A model generated the notes under the pieces. That model made no database searches, had not been told where the DNA came from, and saw only the letters and a list, made by a program, of their open reading frames with translations. A stretch of 63,984 bases of DNA, counting the filler, from Reticulomyxa filosa (lineage: Eukaryota; Protista; Foraminifera), in NCBI GenBank assembly GCA_000512085.1. It is 27 parts of 27 records of this genome, joined end to end, with 100 filler letters (N's around TTAATTAATTAA, not from the genome) between each part and the next. Parts side by side here need not be neighbours in the genome. Positions count along the whole stretch, not along the records: positions 38,617 to 39,972 come from ASPP01037126.1; positions 40,073 to 42,387 come from ASPP01029248.1; positions 42,488 to 43,509 come from ASPP01043437.1; positions 43,610 to 44,809 come from ASPP01014988.1; positions 44,910 to 48,330 come from ASPP01021222.1; positions 48,431 to 50,300 come from ASPP01002250.1; positions 50,401 to 51,884 come from ASPP01044277.1; positions 51,985 to 55,484 come from ASPP01024178.1; 19 more parts are not named here. The stretch is one strand, 5' to 3'. Positions 38,617 through 52,026 of this stretch are shown piece by piece; the first letter of the stretch is position 1; each line of letters starts with the position of its first letter. The position numbers and the translations under genes are program-made.

Positions 38617-39470
38617 TCAATTCTATGATCAAAGATATGAATTATGCTATTACAGATACATTTGCAAATAAAAATGGATAAAGGATGATCAAAACTTGTT
38701 CTTCTTGTGAAAATGTTGCATTTGTTACACTTCCAAAATGCCCACTCAACAATTGAATTTGTTTTCCTGATAATATGTCCCATATTCTGATGGTTTTGTC
38801 CATTGCATATGAAAGAATTTTCGACTTATCTGGTGAAAATTGTACAATGCTTGTACACTCTGAATGTCCTTTTAATATTTGTAGTTTTTTCCAGACAACA
38901 CATCCCAAAACCGAATTGCATTGTCAAAAGAATATGGCACAATTTTAGATCATCTGGTGAAAGTTAAATTCCATTCACTTCACTTGTATGTCCTTCAAAA
39001 TAAGCATACTCGCCAAAATAAATTCCATTCATTGATACGTTTGCAACGTTGACTTTATTTAAACAATCTTGAATAAACGGACATGATCTAAATTGGCATT
39101 AGTAAGGCCAGTTCCTTCAAGAAATGCACGGTCTAGAATTGCACACGGAATTTTTATATTTTTCCAATTTTGTTTATGCATATTAATATTTGCTGAAGAT
39201 CGTATTGTGATTGCATTTGCTGCAACACTAGCAGCTGCATTATTCTTTGATGTTTCAATAATTCGAAACAGTCATAACTTTAAATTTCTAAATATTGGGT
39301 TCGTATCATCAACTCTATCCGCAATAAATTGAATAATTTCTACATCTTCATTAATAATTTGTAATTGATAGATAATTGTTGAATATGTGTTTCAAATTGT
39401 TGTTGAAATTGTTGATTATCAACAGTAACAATATTTGGTTGCCATGAAAGAATATCAAATATACATTAGT
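38617..39470 (-). pseudogene. Decayed pentapeptide-repeat + WD40 gene (NACHT/STAND-WD40-type C-terminal half)
   Basis: IIETSKNN...VAANAITI..ANINMHKQNWKNIKIPCAILDRAFLEGTGLTNANLDHV, then WD40 units (LKGHSECTSIVQFSPDKSKILSYAMDKTIRIWDI). Stops and frameshifts present. Confidence 0.75.
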
Positions 39471-39659
39471 TCAGTTTTTCCTTTTTTAAACAAAAGTTCA
39501 AGCATTTTTTTCATCTTGCATCATCAAAAAACATATCAAGAATAAACTAAAAAAAGCTCAAGAATGAACTTAAACTTATCAATGAAAGTTAAGTCTAAGT
39601 TGTCTTTACATTTTTATTATTTCTTTTATTTAGTGTTATTACATGTAATTGAAATAGTT

Positions 39660-39972
39660 AAAAGAAGAAGAAGAGATCCAAAAAATTATTCATCATTGGA
39701 TTCGAACGTTAAATATCCAATTAGGATGGATCAAAGATTTTGATAAATTCGTTGTCAATTACGTTAGTTCATTTGTTCTTTCTTTTTTTAAATATTAATC
39801 AAAATATTCAAATGCTTATCTAACAGGCATCTAATGTCTTCATGTTTGACACATTTCGTTCATCATCCAAATTAATTAATACACTCAATGGACATATAAA
39901 GGCTGTGTGGAGCATTGATTATTCAGCGTTTGATGATCGTCAATTCATTTGTTCTGGATCATCTGATAAAAC
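39660..39972 (+). CDS. WD40-repeat protein, lineage-expanded family, N-terminal fragment
   Basis: EEEIQKIIHHWIRTLNIQLGWIKDFDKFVVNY, an intron, then MFDTFRSSSKLINTLNGHIKAVWSIDYS...ICSGSSDKT. Confidence 0.8.
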
Positions 39973-40072
39973 NNNNNNNNNNNNNNNNNNNNNNNNNNNN
40001 NNNNNNNNNNNNNNNNTTAATTAATTAANNNNNNNNNNNNNNNNNNNNNNNNNNNNNNNNNNNNNNNNNNNN

Positions 40073-41330
40073 CCGACTTTTGGAGCTTTGAGCGGCACTT
40101 GGCCGTCTATCTGCAACAGCGCGACGTGAGGATGGCTAGTGGCGAAGGAATCATTTGCGACCAAGAGTTTGCCATTTATTCCAAAGGGACGGGCGTACTT
40201 TGCACTCGTCCGCAAGGCATTTCGCAAAACCAATTTGTTGTCTCGTTCATTGGCGAGGTGTATCCTGCATGGTGTTGGTATGAAAAGTCGGGGCGTATTC
40301 GCTGGTTGGAAGAGTCAGTCAACGCCGAAAAGCAGTCTGAATTTTTCAATATCACCTTGGAAAGGCACTGCAACGATCCAGAAGGCTATGATGTCGTCTT
40401 TATCGACTCGTCCAAAAAGGGCAATTTCGCATCGCGAATTTCCCATATGTTATATACGATTCACTTTTACATATACATACATGTATATGTATATATATAT
40501 ATATGTGTGATACGTATACGTATGGTTAGTTTGGGGTACGCATAACGTATACTTGATTTAAATGAGTACACTCAAAAAAAAAAAAAAATATGTATATTGT
40601 ATATATACGTATACAACAGCTGCCAACCCAACTGGTCAATGGCGGTGCATAGCAAGTATGGAATACAAGTGTACAGCATTCGCGACATCAAGTGCGGCGA
40701 GGAATTAAGCTTTGATTACAACAGCGTGACGGAGGATGAGCAAGAGTGGAAACAGGCGGTCTGCTTGTGCGGAATGAAAAGCTGTCGAGGCTATTACCTG
40801 GCGTACTTTGGGTCGGACAGCTACACGGACGTGCTGTACAAGCAATATCACGTCTTGCATCGCACTGCGGTATTGTATCGAGCATGCTGTAGCAACGGTG
40901 ACGGAAGCGAGTTCAACGACGACAGCAAACAAGCGCAAGACCTGTTCGTCAAGCACAGTCTTGGCAATAGCGTCCTGCGCGGCATCCCCGTCTGAATGAA
41001 GCTGTTTTTGCTGCACACTTTGCAATACATTGAACTCGAAGACAAACTCCTGCCTCTGGAATTGATGAAGTTGGACTTGACCAACAAATACTCTTTGAAA
41101 GACGCCGAAGAAGAGACCTTTGGAGTCAAACGCACACGTATTCAAAATTTGGTGTTAACTTTGGTCTGTTTTTTATTTTTTGTTTATTATATATGCATAT
41201 ATACATATATACATACATATATGTATACGTATACATATAAAAGAATAAAACGAAGTTCTTTTTTAGAAATGGCAAAAACGCTCGCCAAATCCATATTCCA
41301 CCGCTGCAAGTGCTGGAAAGTGAATTGCTT
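40073..41330 (+). pseudogene. ATXR3: ATXR3/SDG2-like SET-domain histone lysine methyltransferase, probably pseudogenised
   Basis: KGTGVLC..FVVSFIGEVYPAWCWYEK, EFFNITLERH..GYDVVFID...NFASRISH|SCQPN, GEELSFDYNSVTE and post-SET VCLCGMKSCRGYY. In-frame TGA at 40993-40995 where homologs have Trp, plus a short deletion after QPN. Confidence 0.85.
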
Positions 41331-41792
41331 GTAAAAAAAATTGGTTTGAAAGTGACAGTGTCATTTCGCATTTGCGGGTTTGTCTTATTTCCCTCCCTCC
41401 CCCCCTTTTTTTTTTTAAAAAATAATATTTTGAAGAGATGTCTGAATTATGTGCTATATATGATGCTTTGACTGTTCACTTGCCACAAAAAAAGCAGATT
41501 CGGAAGAACCAACTAGCGGTGTTTCTCCTCATGCTTCCTCTTGTTAGTCAGATGGACTTTTGTCATTGCCGTTGTGCTATGTATGCTCGCCTAGTTGTGG
41601 CTATTGATGTCGATCTAATTCAGAGTTTGGAGGGAGTGGTTGTCTCCCAGAATCATCTCTAAATGAGGGGAAGGGGAAAATTGAACTTTAAAATTTTTTT
41701 TTTTTTACACTTTAAAGAAATATTATAATACATACATTTTGTTATTGCAATAAAGTTTTATATCTAAATCTTTTTTGCATGTTATGAAATAG

Positions 41793-42065
41793 TGTTCAAT
41801 TGTTCCCTGATGCTAACTGTGTGGCAATGGGCTCCGATGATGACAACATTCGATTGTTTAATATCCAATCGTACCAACAAATAAACCATTATGTAAACCA
41901 GAGCAATAGACCATTACACAGTGAAGGTCATGATGGAGCACATTGCGAGGGGACTATTTGTATGGTTTATCACACAATAATCGTGTTTCATGTTTGGGAG
42001 TATTTGCTGATGGATATGCATTGGCGACTGGCTGTTGGGATTTCAATTTGCGAGTCTTTGACTAA
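41793..42065 (+). pseudogene. Heterotrimeric G-protein beta subunit, internally deleted 3' fragment
   Basis: FPDANCVAMGSDDDNIRLFNI, then in another frame HNNRVSCLGVFADGYALATGCWDFNLRVFD*. These match G-beta WD5 and WD7, with most of WD6 missing. Confidence 0.85.
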
Positions 42066-43609
42066 ATTTGCTGTTTTTTTGTTTTATGCTTTTAGAAGAA
42101 ATGTGCACAATGATTGAAAAAATTTTTTTGTCTTGAGCTTCAGCTGATGTGTCATTTGTGTAATGTATTTTATTTTTCTCCCGGGTTGCCCCTTTTTTTT
42201 GTAAGTACTGACCTCACAATCAAAGTTAGTAAGTGAAAAGAATATTAAGAATGCTTTTTTATTATTTTTTTTTGTGAAAAAACTAAAAATCTTTTCAATT
42301 AAACTATACTATCGTTTTTAATTTTAATAATAAGACAGCTTTTCAAATTAATTTTTTTGCAAATAGTGTGATTTTGTCAAAAAAAAANNNNNNNNNNNNN
42401 NNNNNNNNNNNNNNNNNNNNNNNNNNNNNNNTTAATTAATTAANNNNNNNNNNNNNNNNNNNNNNNNNNNNNNNNNNNNNNNNNNNNGAGTCTTATACCA
42501 ATTATAGAATAATATATGATCCCTGAGATGGCAATTTTTGTTGCACTCACGTCATAACATAAACAAATTTCGAAGATCCATTTGAGTCGAGTTGGAAGGA
42601 ACATAACATTTACATACAAAGATTTAAAAAAGTCGTGGTTTTTGAAGAAAAGAGGTCCAAGGTTCCACTTCTATCTTTATTATGGGCTTTGCCCAACAAC
42701 AGCGAAAAACTACTTTTGAATATTTTTTTCAAATCCTCGTACATTTTAGTTATCATAAAAGCATCACATTATAACAGACAACATCATTTCCAACAAAGAA
42801 ATCAGTAATTCATTTTTAAAAACAAATCTAAAAATAAAATAGATAAAACATTTTTTTTATTTTTGAGATGATATGTTTATATGCCGTCTTGCGTCTTTAA
42901 AAAACAAACTTCACACATACAATACATTTAAGAATTACTTTCACTATGCTACTTCGACACTTCTCACTGAGTTTTTCTGGCTTAAGAGAGGGTACTTTAT
43001 TAATACTGGGCACTAAAACGAATATGCGCAAACAAAACAAACAACAAGATAATATTCAGCTTCAGCATCTTACAAATTACACACCTGATGAACTTTATCC
43101 TGTCAGTTCTCTGCATAATGTTTAAACACAGAACTAACACTTGGGGAAAAAATAAATGAAACAATTGCAGAGCACGTTTATGACAAATGTTGATATGTTG
43201 AAGGAATCATTTCGTACTAAAGTAACATCAAAGTATGTGATTGCAGTCCACAAAACAGCGAACAATTTGGAAAAGGGATTTCATGAATCAGGGTATTATG
43301 TGCACAAAGACTCAAGTGTCAACAGTTAAGAAATCAAAAAAGTTGATTGGTTGAAGAAATATTATTAAACAAGATAATAACAAAAACTAACAAAGAATAG
43401 AATATTGTGAAAAGAAGGCATTATATCTCTACAATAAAACCAAATTCCCAAATGAGATTCTCAAATTATCTAATCAAAAAGGTCGTTCTTCAAACAAGAC
43501 AAAAAAAAANNNNNNNNNNNNNNNNNNNNNNNNNNNNNNNNNNNNNNNNNNNNTTAATTAATTAANNNNNNNNNNNNNNNNNNNNNNNNNNNNNNNNNNN
43601 NNNNNNNNN

Positions 43610-44776
43610 TAATAATAACAATAACAATAATAATAATAATAATAATAATAATATAAATATCAATAACAATAGCAATCATAACCCAGCTCGCCAAAATTCT
43701 CGTACGTCTCAAAGTGGAATGATGCTTGGACTTGGAGGGGGTCTGTCGTCGATGGTAAGCAGCCCCTCTCTGGTTCCAAATCAACGACATTACCCAATGA
43801 TTTTGAGCGCAAACCATCCTATCGTGCTGTACTTTGACAAGAAGTTGCAATTGATGACTCTATCTTCGTCGTATTTTCACAGCAAGATAATCACTCCATT
43901 GATCATTCGCTATCCGTTCCACTTTCAACGGTCGTACTTTGTCTTGCATCACAAAGACTGGAATGAAAACAATTTCATGATGAGGATGGCAAAGTGTGGT
44001 GGGAACATCAACAGTCTTTATCCCTTCCCTTACGTGATGAAACGAACCGGCGACAGCGATATCAATGGCCAAGAGTCGGACGAAATGAACGCGATAAATA
44101 TTCAAACGAACAATGAAAACAATTACAACAATCTCAATGCTATAAACACTGCCAATAATAATGTTAATCACAATGACACGAACAACAATCAAATGGCGGT
44201 TCACAGGATCAATGAAAAAGGACTCCAAACCGGTCCCAAGAATGTCCAATCGTACAACTTTTTGGAATATTCTCGGAAAATGGAAGACCCCAGATTCAAA
44301 GTGAAGCGCTACAAAGCCGATCACTCTTCACTGTCTCGAGCATTGGCGCCCTCATTGCATCGCGATTGTGTCAAATCCGTTATGCGTCTCATCCCCAGAG
44401 ACGCAGTCCAGCGACAACTCAAAGACGAAGTCAATAGCTTCGGCTTTACTGCTTTGATGAATGCCTTTCTATTCCAATATGACATTGGCATTATCCGTTT
44501 GTTTGCGCCCAAACATCCCGACTTTGCTTATTGGGAAATTGTCGAACCCAATGTTTAATTTTCTCTTTATTTTGTCATTTCATATATATATATATATATA
44601 TTTATATATAACATATCTATATAATATCTAATACAATAAACCAAAGAATATAAATTCATTGATCCATTTGGCATTACACAACCCGGCTCCAGACGGGGCA
44701 GCGCGATTGGGGTTAATTCAGCATCTTATCCAAAACAATGAGTTCTTTGATACCTTGTTGCGGACAAAGAATAGGG
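43610..44776 (+). CDS. Asn-rich protein with ankyrin-like repeats, internal fragment
   Basis: Long open frame. NSFGFTALMNA and, after an intron, NSLIHLALHN...LLRTKNR are ankyrin-like. Confidence 0.6.
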
Positions 44777-45070
44777 TACGTCTTTTTTTTTTTTTTTTTT
44801 TTTTTTTTTNNNNNNNNNNNNNNNNNNNNNNNNNNNNNNNNNNNNNNNNNNNNTTAATTAATTAANNNNNNNNNNNNNNNNNNNNNNNNNNNNNNNNNNN
44901 NNNNNNNNNATATATATATACATACATATATATATGTATATATGTTATATGTTATGTTTTTTTTTTTTTTTTTTTTTTGGACTTTATTAACAAACTTGTT
45001 ATAAGTAACAAAGTTCATTCATTGCAATTTTTTTTTGTTGTGTGGAATGAACCTCCCCCTTTGAATGAAG

Positions 45071-46496
45071 GTGAATGCAAAAAAGCCAGAACTTTTTTTG
45101 AACCCTTTGGCAGCTCTTGCATTACAATCGAAACAAACTGTCGAAAAAGAAAAGGAAAAGGAAAAGGAAAAGGAAAAGGAAAAAGAAAAAGAAAAAGAAG
45201 AAGAAAAAAAAGACAATGTTCCATTTGTATTGACCTTTTTATCGAAACATTTGAAAGATTTAGGATCATTGTTGCAAAATGATGAAAATGCCAATTCGTC
45301 ATTTGTAAAGACACAATCCTCTCCCCCTTCTTCTTCTTCTTCTTCTTCTTCATCATCATCATTTCCTCCACTTGGGCCTGTTCGATACAGCGTGATTGAA
45401 TTGATTGTGTCTATGCTATGCAGCTCGTCGCATGAAAAAGTAGTGGCTCCATTTCTGTCGTTGGGCGTGATAGAAGAGTGTATCGGACTATTTTTCGCGT
45501 ACCCTTGGAACAACGTGTTGCATGCAAAGATTGAGGTGATGATAGACAAGATCATCGATAGCAATGACGACCACAGCCGTGGCTTGAAGCAGGTGGTGTT
45601 TGAAAGATGTCAGCTGTTGGAAAAGATCCTCGAGGCGAGACAACTGAATGCGACGCACTTTGAGCAGTTCCATGTGCGATTGGGCTATATGGGCTACTTG
45701 GCCAAGATGTGTGACTCCATTATCAAACACTGCAAGAGCGATGTCCAGCTCCAATCGTACTGTCAACAAAACACACGTTGGATGGGCTTTGTGGAAAAGG
45801 AGTTTGTCGAGGAGAGTGAAAAGCTAAAGATTCAATTGGGCGGACATCGTCCCAATGCGCTAGGAATGGAACGAGAGGACAATATGATGCGAGCCGATGC
45901 GGACACTCCCGAAAGTGCGAGAGGAAAACCAAGAAGTGGCTCCATTGGTAAAGACAAGTCTTCCACTGCCTTTGGAGACGAAGTGGAAGACGCCTTTCTC
46001 AATCAACTTGAAAATGCCTCTGCTGACCAATCTGCTTCGGCTGCTTCTGCCATTACAACCCAAGTCACCGGAGCATTCCACCGAAAGGGCTCCGATTCTC
46101 AGTCTCAGTCATCTTCTACTACTGCTGACTCCAAAACTCAAACAAATACCACTGAGGACTCTTCGTGGGATGATTGGAATGATTTTGATAACTTCGGCTC
46201 CTCCTCCACCTCCTCCACCTCCTCCACCTCATCCACCACTGCGCAAAATAACACCAATGCCAGTCAAAATAATAACAATGCAGCGACTTCGCAACTTACT
46301 CAGTCTCAACCCAAACAGGTACATTATATACATATATATATATATATATATACGTATATTAACTATCATTTCTTTAATGTACATTATGATACACGATTTT
46401 CTATTCTCTTGTTTTGTCGTGCCATGGGTGAATATACAACAGGGAAATGACGATAGTACGTTCGATAGTTTTGATGGGTTAGATGATTTTCAATGA
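45071..46496 (+). CDS. SIT4-associated protein / PP6 regulatory subunit (SAPS domain), C-terminal part
   Basis: PPLGPVRYSVIELI, LFFAYPWNNVLH, RLGYMGYL and W..FV are SAPS signatures. Acidic WDDW/FDxF tail; last intron about 46319-46443; stop at 46494-46496. Confidence 0.9.
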
Positions 46497-47788
46497 GCAG
46501 AGAAACACCATCAAAATACCAAAAAAAAAAAAAAAAAAAAAAAAAAAGTTGTTCCATAGCAGGACATCCCTCGAATAAAAAGAGGAGGGTAGCTGACTTT
46601 TTTTTTTTTCCTCAAAAAAAAAAACACACAAAAACCTTGTGGGAAGAAAAAAAATTATACATTTTTTTCCACTCCCTTTTATTTGACTAAATTCAAGAAA
46701 ATTTGTCCTCTTGTGACAATGAACTTTGCTTTAATTAGGTCTTACTACTTCAAGTTTCCTTTGCAAAAGCATATTTGGAGTTTGATGAGGATGTAGAATA
46801 ACATATCTTTTTGTTTGTGCGAGAGTGTACTTTCTTGCACTTTTTTTTTTTCCTTACAAGTGTTTGTTGGAGTTTTGTTGTATGATTACTTTTTGATGTA
46901 TGGCAGTTGTTTGGAGAAATACAATATTCATGCAATTATTTCCTACAACTTAAAACGAAAATACAACTCATCTGTGTGAAATAAAGAGATAAAATTTATT
47001 TGAAAAAATTGCAATTTCTTATTTAGTAATTGGAAGTGTTTATCACAGCAAAAAGAGATTTTTGTACTGAACATTAAATTGAATAAAGGGACCGCACACC
47101 TTTTGTATTAGTTTTTTATTATAATTTGTGTAAATATTTAGTTGTAATGTATTATAAGTAGCGCTACCGAACATATATGAAAGTATGTGTTATATGATTA
47201 CTATTCAAAAAGACATACGTTATAATATTTTGGAAAAAACAGTGTATAATTTGAAACAAAATAAAAATCAAATAGAAATTGTATAAAATGTATAAGTACA
47301 TTTATAACGAGTGAAAAAAATGCTGAATAAGATAAATCTAACTGTAGAAGAATGACCGATTTCAAACGTATAATTATTTATGGATCAGGTAAAATTCTAA
47401 AAAGGCAAACAATTGAGATTTTCATCTTAACAACATGCAAACTTTTAAAATATTATTTTGCGCAAATTATTTTTCTATTGTTGTCAGTTAAAAATTTTTT
47501 TAATTAAGATTATAAATTGCATATCTTATTGCTCAGATATCGTTGATTTGATAACACTAATTTGTATATTTTTTAAATTTTCGATCATAGACTTCTCATT
47601 TATGTGGTTTTCATCAGAGGAAATATGAATTAAAAATATCATTTTGTTTGAACACAAAAGATTATTTAAAATTTAAAGAAATGAAAGGTTTGGAAATCGA
47701 CATTTGTGACACTTCCGATTCGGGAATTATAAAATCCAATTAATGTATCCACTTCTTTAAACTTCAATAATTTCTGTTGTGTTTTAAA

Positions 47789-48220
47789 TTAATTTTGTTT
47801 TAATGCTTCAATTAATCTTAGCACGGCCAATACGCAGCGCACTCCCCTCTGTTATTCAGAAAAAAGATCGACAAGACAAATCATTTCTGTTCGCAAATCA
47901 AAAAAACTTGTGTGATGAAAGACAAAAAATGATTAACCCGAAGTTTGCGCACATATTGAAAATGCTTCAATTGGAGAATTTGTTCTGTGCTCATTTTTTC
48001 ATCAGAAGCATTTCCTTGCAGCCATGGATGGTGTAGTGCATCAGCTGCCTTAAGACGCTTAGCAGGCTCAAGGGCCAACAGTTTTTTAACTAAATCTTTG
48101 GCATCCACACTAACTTTGTCCCAGTACGGACTGGGCATAGTGTATTCTGCTTTTTTGATTTTGTGATACAGTTTCGTCATATCTTCATTTTCATCATAAA
48201 ACGGAGGAAACCCACATAAT
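47789..48220 (-). CDS. Ca2+/calmodulin-dependent protein kinase (CAMK1-like), C-terminal exons
   Basis: LCGFPPFY, WDKVSVDAKDLVKKLL..PAKRL...ALHHPW. Intron 47937-47849 joins KLR to RGVRCVLAVLRLIEALKQN*, a CaM-binding-like helix. Confidence 0.9.
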
Positions 48221-48430
48221 CTGGAATTGTTTTGTGTTCATTTAAGCAAAAATAGTGAGGCAACCTACATGCAGCGACAAATACAAATAGCAAAAAGGAG
48301 AGAAAGAGAGAAAAATAGCAAACAAAAAAANNNNNNNNNNNNNNNNNNNNNNNNNNNNNNNNNNNNNNNNNNNNTTAATTAATTAANNNNNNNNNNNNNN
48401 NNNNNNNNNNNNNNNNNNNNNNNNNNNNNN

Positions 48431-48835
48431 GAATTCATTTAATTTTTTTGATTTATTCGTTTCATTTTTATTTTCACTTTGACTTTCATCATCATTGTTG
48501 TCATCGCTCCAAACACTTACATATTTCATCACCAATGTATGTCTTGTATATTCAGTTCCACCAAAAGACAATAAAGTGATTTGATTGTTGTCTTTGTCTT
48601 TGTTACTGTTGCTATCTATCAGTTTCACTACACAGTGCCCAACTAAGTCAACATCACTTGGATACTCACAGATAAACTTGTATTCGTTTTTGATTGTATG
48701 ATAAGAATAACAAGCTCTTCTGTATACACTTCCACAAATGAGAAGTTCGTGTTTGTGTAGCACACATTGAAATCGAGAAAGTGGAGTGGGCAACTCCTTC
48801 AAAGATTGAAAGTGGATTGTATTTTGATTACCCAT
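48431..48835 (-). CDS. Kelch-type beta-propeller protein, lineage-expanded family, N-terminal fragment
   Basis: MGNQN..FQSLKELPTPLSRFQCVLHKHELLICG...CYSYH...GHCVVKL...LLSFGG. Confidence 0.8.
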
Positions 48836-49705
48836 TTTGTTAATGTTGTTGACTTTTTTTAAATTATTAACTTTTTTGAAAATGGACGTGGTATAACCCT
48901 TTTGAAAAAAACAAATATGTTGTTTTACGTGGCAATATGTAATACACAAAAATAACAAAGTCAATGTTGAATTTATGTCTTTTTTGTTTTTTGTAGGGAA
49001 GACAAAGATGTGAGACATACTTTTCTGCTTGTTATTTAGTGACTTAAATAAAAGACAATAAAGTATCTTAATAACAAATTATTGAAAACGATAAAGTTTT
49101 TTTTAATAACAAATTTACAAAATTATATGGTTTCAATGATGTTTGCCCTAAAATATTGACCACTTGAAATACATAAAGATATTCCCAAATGGATCAAACA
49201 AAATATTGAAAATAATTCTGACAACATTGTGAAAAAGAAGGGACAGAAACTACTCAAAGCAAAACAGAAGATGGACTCAAAAGTTTGTTAAAATGAAAAG
49301 AGTGAATTTAATTGCATTGATATAGTAAATAGTTTGAAGCTAGTAGTAGTTCTGTGATATAATATGTTTTGATCGTTGAATAATAGATTATTTGTACGTA
49401 ATTAAAGATGATAAATATGATAATGAATGAAAATATTATTTAAAGACATCTGTGCAAAAATCAAATTTTACAGTCTTCAAAAGAAACAACAAAGTGATTG
49501 AATAATTTATTCTCTTTACAGTTGTCTCGATATACAAAAAAAGATATTTGCAAATAATTGCCTTTTTCAATCCATTTGAGACATCAAGTAACTTATTCAT
49601 AAATAAATCAAAAACAACTCCAAATTTTAAAATAAATAATTTTAAAAATTGAAATTAAAATAAACTTTGATAATGTCTTTTCAACTTGTAAATTTAGACA
49701 AAAAT

Positions 49706-50300
49706 TTATCCCCAAACACAAATTTGACCATTTATTGAGCCATAATATAAATGAACACCACAATCATCTTTTGATTCTTGTTCATTATTATTTACTTTCT
49801 TTTTCAATGATACAAATTTAAGGCATAATATAGCATCAGCATCATCATCACTCCCTTCGATCACATATACTTCTTCCTTATTTGATCGGATATCCCAAAA
49901 TCTAATTGTATTATCTAATGATCCAGAACATATCATATTTGAATTACCAATACTATTTTTTATTATAAATGGTGAATATTCCACACAAATTACACTATTT
50001 GTATGTCCATCGAACACTTGAATCTGTTTACCAGATCGAATATCCCACAAACGAATACTTTTATCATTTGATCCAGATAATATTGTATTTAATAATTCAT
50101 TTGATCCATATTTTACACTATTCACATAATTTGTATGTCCTTTCAATACATTGAATTGTTTTGTTGTTTCAATATCCCATATTCGAATGGTTTGATCCCA
50201 TGATCCAGAACAAATAGTATATCCATTTCCACCAATTATACCAATATTATTCATTTTATTATTACTTTGTAATGGTGAAATATCAACACATAAAATACTA
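49706..50300 (-). CDS. WD40-repeat protein, C-terminal fragment
   Basis: Three clear GH...WD units: ICSGSWDQTIRIWDI, ILSGSNDKSIRLWDI and ICSGSLDNTIRFWDI. Confidence 0.92.
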
Positions 50301-50400
50301 NNNNNNNNNNNNNNNNNNNNNNNNNNNNNNNNNNNNNNNNNNNNTTAATTAATTAANNNNNNNNNNNNNNNNNNNNNNNNNNNNNNNNNNNNNNNNNNNN

Positions 50401-50433
<33 letters not shown>

Positions 50434-50498
50434 TGTATATGTACGCATATAATAATGTATGTATGTATACGTAGGTACGTATACGCAAATATATTAAC

Positions 50499-51025
50499 CA
50501 TAGGCCCGGCAATAGCGTTCACTATTTGACCAATGTGCAAAAAAATGATAGTGTGCCAAAAGTTATTTTCAATAGTATAATTGATACCAAACCAGCTGTG
50601 AACAAACGGTTCGCTCAATATGGTTGGAATTGTTCGAATTAATGACCCTAAAAACACTAATGTCATCCCGATTTTCATTGTGTATTTCAATCCTTTGTAT
50701 GGAATTGACAATATATATGCCGAAACGGGCGCACTTGGAATGAACATTATGGGACCCCTTTTAAAAAAAAAAAAAAAAAAAAATTGGAAACGTGTCAATA
50801 CAATTTCCAACGACTGGCACTTATAACCTACCAATTCAAAAGTAAATCTATTGTTGGGTTCACTGCGTCACTACTAGACGACTTCCATTTGTAATAGGTT
50901 TCAATCTTGTCTGGAACGGTGCTAAAAGTAAACCAAATCAAACATTGTATTCCATTCAGCAAGCAGAAGGCCAGTAAAATGTAGTATCTCTTCTTCTCCG
51001 GCGCCCCAACAACAATATCATCCAT
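50499..51025 (-). CDS. MFS transporter, SLC49/DIRC2/FLVCR-like, N-terminal fragment
   Basis: RYYIL..F...Q..IW.TFS, IDLLLNW|GPI.FIP, GL+...G..L..LG..IR and HIGQIVNAIAGP. Intron about 50830-50758. Confidence 0.85.
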
Positions 51026-51989
51026 TTGTCATTAGGGTTTTTTTTAGAGAAAAGAGCCGGGCGTTTGTTCACTTTCACAAAGGTAATTTCTGCGACCTGC
51101 AACAACTAGCTCATGAAAAAGAAAAATGCAAACAATGAAGAAGAATGGACAAAGATTATTAAAAAAAGTATTTTGTAAAAGAATATCAGCCATTTGTTCA
51201 CTGAGATACGACATGAAATTATCAAATTCGCCAGATATTTTATCAACAATTTATTAATTTCGTTATTTTCGTTTCATTTTTGAAACATTTAGATTGTTTA
51301 TTTTTTTTCATTTAATGTACTTTTGAATTGCCATAAAATCAAAACGAATTGGACCAAATATATGAAACAGCCGTAATTCGGATGATTCCACAGTAATAAC
51401 CTTCGAAGGGTGAACACCAGAGAGTAAAGCCTTTCACGACTTCAAAAATTTCAGAGACAAAAGCAAAAATATTGACATATCTCGTTTGTTAAGCCGGTGA
51501 ACAAAACGAATGCAATTTCGACATGTACACGATTCAAATTCATCTACTTGTTGACAGTAAGCAAAGTTTTATGTCATGCTTATTCCTGAACCTATTAACG
51601 CTTAAACGAATACAGATTCTGAAAAACTACCAACAAATGATGTTGATTTTTTCAATTAAATTGGATGAAGAGTACATTGACGTGCAGTTTTTTGTTCCAT
51701 TGACCAAATAATGAACATCTTGCAAAGAAAAATTCTACTTCGATTTGTACCAAGCTTATGGATTAGTTCTTGCAACAAGTAGATCACACCTTTATTTTTC
51801 TTACAAAAAAGATATTCATTCAACTTTTAAATTTATTTTATTTAAAGATGTATTGTCACGTAAAATACCTTTTTGTTTTTTTTTNNNNNNNNNNNNNNNN
51901 NNNNNNNNNNNNNNNNNNNNNNNNNNNNTTAATTAATTAANNNNNNNNNNNNNNNNNNNNNNNNNNNNNNNNNNNNNNNNNNNNGGGGG

Positions 51990-52023
<34 letters not shown>

Positions 52024-52026
52024 TAC

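Noticed and set aside
40993-40995. In-frame TGA at a conserved Trp position, suggesting UGA=Trp recoding
   Set aside because: Trp is TGG throughout the intact genes, and TGA terminates others (46494-46496, 35625-35627). The same gene has another lesion, so a nonsense mutation is simpler.
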